64,000 bases of DNA from Azolla caroliniana (Eukaryota; Plantae; Polypodiophyta), in contig JBHGNT010000029.1 in assembly GCA_043228905.1 (NCBI GenBank), positions 186,001-250,000 of the forward strand, read 5' to 3'. Both the position numbers and the translations under genes were made by a program. Below, piece after piece: positions 58,519 through 64,000 of the stretch. The notes under the pieces were generated by a model. That model worked only from the letters and a program-made list of their open reading frames with translations. It was not told the DNA's origin and did no database searches. The number at the start of each line of letters is the position of its first letter. Positions within the stretch are counted from its first letter, which is position 1.

Positions 58519-58581
58519 CTAGACTCGAACCCATAACCTTTTGTTACACGGGTCGAGACTTTACCATTAGGTTATGAATTG
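58511..58581 (-). promoter_or_regulatory. tRNA-like unit / putative Pol III type-2 internal promoter (A-box plus B-box), antisense in LTR U3
   Basis: The minus strand reads CAATTCA TA ACCT AATGGTA AAGT C TCGAC CCGTGTA ACAAA AGGTT ATGGG TTCGAGT CTAGT TATGACA. A-box-like TAACCTAATGG (58574-58564) and B-box GGTTCGAGTC (58531-58522) sit at canonical tRNA spacing. The stems are degenerate, so it is not a functional tRNA. Confidence 0.6.
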
Positions 58582-58632
58582 TAATTTGAAGGATATTATT
58601 TTCATTTAGGTTTTATTGGGGAATTGATGTAT

Positions 58633-58682
58633 ATTCCAGATTTCTCTGGAACATGCTAGAAACTTCAGGAGTATTCCTGAAG
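58633..58682. promoter_or_regulatory. Putative heat-shock element array (10 alternating nTTCn/nGAAn pentamers)
   Basis: TTCcaGATttCTCtgGAAcaTGCtaGAAacTTCagGAGtaTTCctGAA: strict 5-bp phase, with 6 perfect and 4 single-mismatch triplets. Confidence 0.65.
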
Positions 58683-58686
58683 ACAC

Positions 58687-58694
58687 TATAAAAG
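58687..58694 (+). promoter_or_regulatory. LTR TATA box
   Basis: TATAAAAG within U3 of the LTR. Confidence 0.7.
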
Positions 58695-58800
58695 GAGGCG
58701 CAAGGCATTAGTTCGAACCAAATCGGTTCAACGCCAGTCTTAAGCCTTCTAACTACTGTTGTATATCTTCCTTCATATAATACATATATCATTCGCATCA

Positions 58801-58804
<4 letters not shown>

Positions 58805-58850
<46 letters not shown>
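58805..58850. repeat. (TC)23 microsatellite in the LTR
   Basis: Perfect TC dinucleotide run. Confidence 0.97.
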
Positions 58851-58854
<4 letters not shown>

Positions 58855-58888
58855 ACTCATTGCTTCTCTCAAAGTTCGACACCTCTCA

Positions 58889-58970
58889 TAGTACTAATCC
58901 TTCTCTGTCTTAGTACTATTCCCCAACAATAGTACTAATCCTTCTTTTAGTACTAATTCCTTCTCTGCCT
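58889..58970 (+). repeat. Four ~20-bp degenerate repeats with palindromic TAGTACTA core in LTR U5
   Basis: TAGTACTA at 58889, 58911, 58930 and 58948, three of them followed by AT(T)CCTTCT. Confidence 0.85.
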
Positions 58971-58987
58971 TAATAGAGTTCCTGACA

Positions 58988-61900
58988 CTCAACTCCCTTC
59001 TGAAATTTGGTAATTTCTTCATGTCTCTCGAACTGAATTTCAAAATTTAGATTTTTTAATTCCAGATCATAGCTAGCGTTGTTAGCTTGGATTCGCATGT
59101 TTGAACACAAAAATCCGATATCACACGAGCGAGGTATGAACAATTTAATTTACTCATTCGCCCTACTCAACTCCCTCCTCAAATTTGGTAATTTCGTCAT
59201 GTCTCTCGACCTGAGTTTTAAAATCTGAGATTTTTAATTCGATATCATAGCTAGCGTTGTTAGCTTCGATTTGCATGTTTGAACAGAGAAATCCGATATC
59301 ACACGAGCGAGGTATGAACAATTTAATTTACTCATTCGCCCTACTCAACTCCCTCCTCAAATTTGGTAATTTCTTCATGTCTCTCGACCTGAATTGCAAA
59401 ATTTAGATTTTGTAATTCCATATCATAGCTAGCGTTGTTAGCTTCGATTCGCATGTTTGAACAGAGAAATCCGATATCACACAAGCGAGGTATTAACATT
59501 TTAATTTACTCAAGGGCTCTACTCAACTCCCTCCTCAAATTTGCTAATTTCTTCATGTCTCTCGACCTGAGTTTCCAGATCTGGATTTTTTCATTCCATA
59601 TCATAGCTAGCGTTGTTAGCTCTGATTCCCATGTTTGAACACAGAAATCCGATATTACACGAGCCAGGTATGAACATTTTAATTTGCTCAAGGGCTCTAC
59701 TCAACTCCCTCCTCAAATTTGGTAATTTCTTCATGTCTCTCGACGTGAGTTTCAAAATCTTGATTTTTTAATTCCATATCATAGCTAGCGTTGTTAGCTT
59801 CGAATGGCATGTTTCAACACAAAAATCCGATATCACACGAGCGAGGTATGAACAATTTAATTTACTCATTCGCCCTACTCAACTCCCTCCTAAAATTTGG
59901 TAATTTCTTCATGTCTCTCGACCTGAGTTTCGAGATCTGGATTTTTTAATTCCATATCATAGCTAGAGTTGTTTGCTTCGATTTGCATGTTTGAACAGAG
60001 AAATCCGATATCACACGAGCGAGGTATGAACAATTTAATCTACTCATTCGCCCTACTCAACTCCCTCCTCAAATTTGGTAATTTCTTCATGTCTCTCGAC
60101 CTGAGTTTTAAAATCTTGATTTTTTTATTCCATATCATAGCTAGCGTTGTTAGTTCCGATTCCCATGTTTGAACAGAAAAATCCGATATCACACGAGCGA
60201 GGTATCAACAATTTAATTTACTCATTCGCCCTACTCAACTCCCTCCTAAAATTTGGTAATTTCTTCATGTCTCTCGACCTTAGTTTCGAGATCTCGATTT
60301 TTTAATTCTATATCATAGCTAGCGTTGTTAGCTTCGATTCGCATGTTTGAACACAGGAATCCGATATCACACGAGCGAGCTATAAACAATTTAATTTACT
60401 CATTCGCCCTACTCAACTCCCTCCTCAAATTTGGTAATTTCTTCATGTCTCTCCACCTGAATTTCACAATCTTGATTTTTTAATTCCATATCCCAGCTAG
60501 CATTGTTAGCTTCGAATGGCATGTTTGAACACAAAAATCCGATATTACACGAGCTAGGTCTAAACATTTTAATTTGCTCAAGGGCTCTACTCAACTCCCT
60601 CCTCAAATTTGGTAATTTCTTCATGTCTCTCGACCTGAGTTTCAAAATCTTGATTTTTTAATTCCATATCATAGCTAGCGTTGTTAGCTCCGATTCCCAT
60701 GTTTGAACACAAAAATCCGATATTACACGAGCCAGGTATGAACATTTTAATTTGCTCAAGAGCTCTACTCAACTCCCTCCTAAAATTTGGTAATTTCTTC
60801 ATGTCTCTCGACCTGAGTTTCAAAATCTTGATTTTTTAATTCCATATCCTAGCTAGCGTTGTTAGCTTCGATTTGCATGTTTGAACACAGGAATCCGATA
60901 TCACACGAGCGAAGTATGAACATTTTAATTTGCTCAAGGACTCTACTCAACTCCCTCCTCAAATTTGCTAATGTCTTCATGTCTCTCGACCTGAGTTTCG
61001 AGATCTGGATTTTTTAATTCCATATCATAGCTAGAGTTGTTAGCTTCGATTTGCATGTTTGAACAGAGAAATCCGATATCACACGAGCGAGGTATGAACA
61101 ATTTAATTTACTCATTCGCCCTACTCAACTCCCTCCTCAAATTTGGTAATTTCTTCATGTCTCTCCACCTGAATTTCACAATCTTGATTTTTTAATTCCA
61201 TATCCCAGCTAGCGTTGTTAGCTTCGAATGGCATGTTTGAACACAAAAATCCGATATTACACGAGCTAGGTCTAAACATTTTAATTTGCTCAAGGGCTCT
61301 ACTCAACTCCCTCCTCAAATTTGGTAATTTCTTCATGTCTCTCGACCTGAATTTCAAAATTTAGATTTTTTAAATCCATATCATAGCTAGCGTTGTTAGC
61401 TTCGATTCGCATGTTTGAACAGAGAAATCCGATATCACACAGGCGAGGTATTAACATTTTAATTTACTCAAGGGCTCTACTCAACTCCCTCCTCAAATTT
61501 GCTAATTTCTTCATGTCTCTCGACCTGAGTTTCCAGATCTAGATTTTTTCATTCCATATCATAGCTAGCGTTGTTAGCTCCGATTCCCATGTTTGAACAC
61601 AGAAATCCGATATCACACGAGCCACGTATAAACATTTTAATTTGCTCAAGCGCTCTACTCAACTCCCTCCTCAAATTTGGTAATATCTTCATGTCTTTCG
61701 ACCTGAGTTTCAAAATCTTGATTTTTTAATTCCATATCCTAGCTAGCGTTGTTAGCTTCGAATGGCATGCTTGACCACAAAAATCCGATATCACACGAGC
61801 GAGGTATGAACAATTTAATTTACTCATTCGCCATACTCAACTCCATCCTCAAATTTGGTAATTTCGTCATGTCTCCCGACCTGAGTTTTAAAATCTGAGT

Positions 61901-64000
61901 TTTTTAATTCCATATCATAGCTAGCGTTGTTAGCTTCGATTTGCATGTTTGAACAGAGAAATTCGATATCACACGAGCAAGGTATGAACAATTTAATTTA
62001 CTCATTCGCCCTACTCAACTCCCTCCTCAAATTTGGTTATTTCTTCATGTCTCTCGACCTGAATTTCAAAATTTAGATTTTTTAATTCCATATCATAGCT
62101 AGCGTTGTTAGCTTCGATTCGCATGTTTGAACAGAGAAATCCGATATCACACGAGCGAGCTATGAACAATTTAATTTACTCATTCGCCCTACTCAACTCC
62201 CTCCTCAAAGTTGCTAATTTCGTCATGTCTCTCCACCTGAGTTTCACAATCTTGATTTCTTAATTCCATATCATAGCTAGCGTTGTTAGCTTCGATTCGC
62301 ATGTTTGAACACAGAAATCCGATATCACACGAGCCAGGTATGAACATTTTAATTTGCTCAAGGGCTCTACTCAACTCCCTCCTAAAATTTGGTAATTTCT
62401 TCATGTCTCTCGACCTGAGTTTCAAAATCTTGATTTTTTACTTCCATATCATAGCTAGCGTTGTTAGCTTCAAATGGCATGTTTGAACACAAAAATCCGA
62501 TATCACACGAGCGAGGTATGAACAATTTAATTTACTCATTCGCCCTACTCAACTCCCTCCTAAAATTTGGTAATTTCTTCATGTCTCTCGACCTGAGTTT
62601 CGAGATCTAGATTTTTTAATTCCATATCATAGCTAGAGTTGTTAGCTTCGATTTGCATGTTTGAACAGAGAAATCCGATATCACACGAGTGCGGTATGAA
62701 GAATTTAATCTACTCATTCACCCTACTCAACCCCCTCCTCAAATTTGCTAATTTCTTCATGTCTCTCGACCTGAGTTTCCAGATCTGGATTTTGTCATTC
62801 CATATCATAGCTAGCGTTGTTAGCTCCGATTTGCATGTTTGAACACAGAAATCCGATATTACACGAGCTAGGTATGAACATTTTAATTTGCTCAAGGGCT
62901 CTACTCAACTCCCTCCTCAAATTTGGTAATTTCTTCATGTCTGTCGACCTGAGTTTCAAAATCTTGATTTTTTAATTCCATATCATAGCTAGCGTTGTTA
63001 GCTTTGAATGGCATGTTTGAACACAAAAATCCGATATCACACGAGCGAGGTATGAACAATTTAATTTACTCATTCGCCCTACTCAACTCCCTCCTAAAAT
63101 TTGGTAATTTCGTCATGTCGCTCGACCTGAGTTTCGAGATCTGGATTTTTTAATTCCATATCATAGCTAGAGTTGTTAGCTTCGATTTGCATGTTTGAAC
63201 AGAGAAATCCGATATCACACGAGCGAGGTATGAACAATTTAATTTACTCATTCGCCCTACTCAACTCCCTCCTCAAATTTGGTAATTTCTACATGTCTCT
63301 TGACCTGAATTTCAAAATTTAGATTTTGTAATTCCATATCATAGCTAGCGTTGTTAGCTTCGATTCGCATGTTTGAACAGAGAAATCCGATATCACACAA
63401 GCGAGGTATTAACATTTTAATTTACTCAAGGGCTCTACTCAACTCCCTCCTCAAATTTGCTAATTTCTTCATGTCTCTCGACCTGAGTTTCCAGATCTAG
63501 ATTTTTTCATTCCATATCATAGCTAGCGTTGTTAGCTCCGATTCCCATGTTTGAACACAGAAATCCGATATCACACGAGCCACGTATAAACATTTTAATT
63601 TGCTCAAGCGCTCTACTCAACTCCCTACTCAAATTTGGTAATATCTTCATGTCTTTCGACGGGAGTTTCAAAATCTTGATTTTTTAATTCCATATCCTAG
63701 GTAGCGTTGTTAGCTTCGAATGGCATGCTTGACCACAAAAATCCGATATCACACGAGCGAGGTATGAACAATTTAATTTACTCATTCGCCATACTCAACT
63801 CCATCCTCAAATTTGGTAATTTCGTCATGTCTCCCGACCTGAGTTTTAAAATCTGAGTTTTTTAATTCCATATCATAGCTAGCGTTGTTAGCTTCGATTT
63901 GCATGTTTGAACAGAGAAATTCGATATCACACGAGCAAGGTATGAACAATTTAATTTACTCATTCGCCCTACTCAACTCCCTCCTCAAATTTGGTTATTT
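58988..64000. repeat. 178-bp tandem satellite array, right arm, about 28 monomers
   Basis: Same monomer and orientation as the left arm. An 11-mer spacing recurs (private variant CATGCTTGACC at ~61770 and ~63728, offset 1958), and a 4-mer repeat gives ORFs at 60409 and 61121. Confidence 0.98.

Larger units (their letters stand above)
54695..58987 (+). mobile_element. 5'-truncated Ty3/Gypsy LTR retrotransposon, chromovirus (probably Tcn1-like clade)
   Basis: Order is gag CCHC knuckle, protease, RT, RNase H, integrase, chromodomain, PPT, LTR (TGTCA...TGACA). The 5' LTR, PBS and most of gag are absent. The clade call rests on recalled motif resemblance, not a phylogeny. Confidence 0.96.
58511..58987 (+). 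repeat. 3' LTR (477 bp)
   Basis: Starts TGTCA right after the PPT and ends TGACA where satellite resumes (CTCAACTCCC). There is no partner LTR in the window to confirm the boundaries. Confidence 0.9.

Noticed and set aside
58511-58581. Functional tRNA gene or primer-binding site
   Set aside because: The acceptor and anticodon stems do not pair, and the position is inside U3 rather than after a 5' LTR. Kept only as a tRNA-derived promoter candidate.
58613-58852. 79-aa minus-strand ORF with ERERER repeat
   Set aside because: Translation of the (TC)23 microsatellite.
54690-58992. Target-site duplication around the element
   Set aside because: The left flank (CCGAT) and right flank (CTCAA) differ; the left end is a deletion breakpoint.
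303-62895. Many 61-126 aa ORFs (MLASIRMFE..., MSKLNCSY...) on both strands
   Set aside because: They are translations of the 178-bp satellite. They recur at monomer spacing, change frame each unit (178 is not divisible by 3), are broken at random by stops, and show no recognisable domain.
1-64000. Identity with Arabidopsis CEN178, or a CENP-B box
   Set aside because: Only the length matches. I see no recognisable CEN178 sequence and no TTCG-N4-A-N2-CGGG motif in the consensus; a BLAST search would settle it.

Overview
Eukaryotic, centromere-like DNA with no host genes. About 59.7 kb is a head-to-tail 178-bp satellite (roughly 335 monomers, one orientation) organised into local higher-order repeats of 4, 6, 8, 9, 10, 11, 13 and 19 monomers. 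It is interrupted once (54695-58987) by a 5'-truncated but otherwise young Ty3/Gypsy chromovirus, probably Tcn1-like. The element keeps the gag zinc-knuckle tail, a complete PR-RT-RNaseH-IN-chromodomain pol, the PPT and a 477-bp 3' LTR. Nearly all short ORFs in the track are satellite artefacts. The most unusual signals are in the LTR: (i) an antisense tRNA-like unit with A- and B-boxes at tRNA spacing, ending at the LTR terminus, and (ii) a 10-unit phased heat-shock-element array next to the TATA box. A -1 ribosomal frameshift cassette sits at the gag/pol junction. The host cannot be identified from the sequence; a non-seed plant or fungus is only inferred from the element type.
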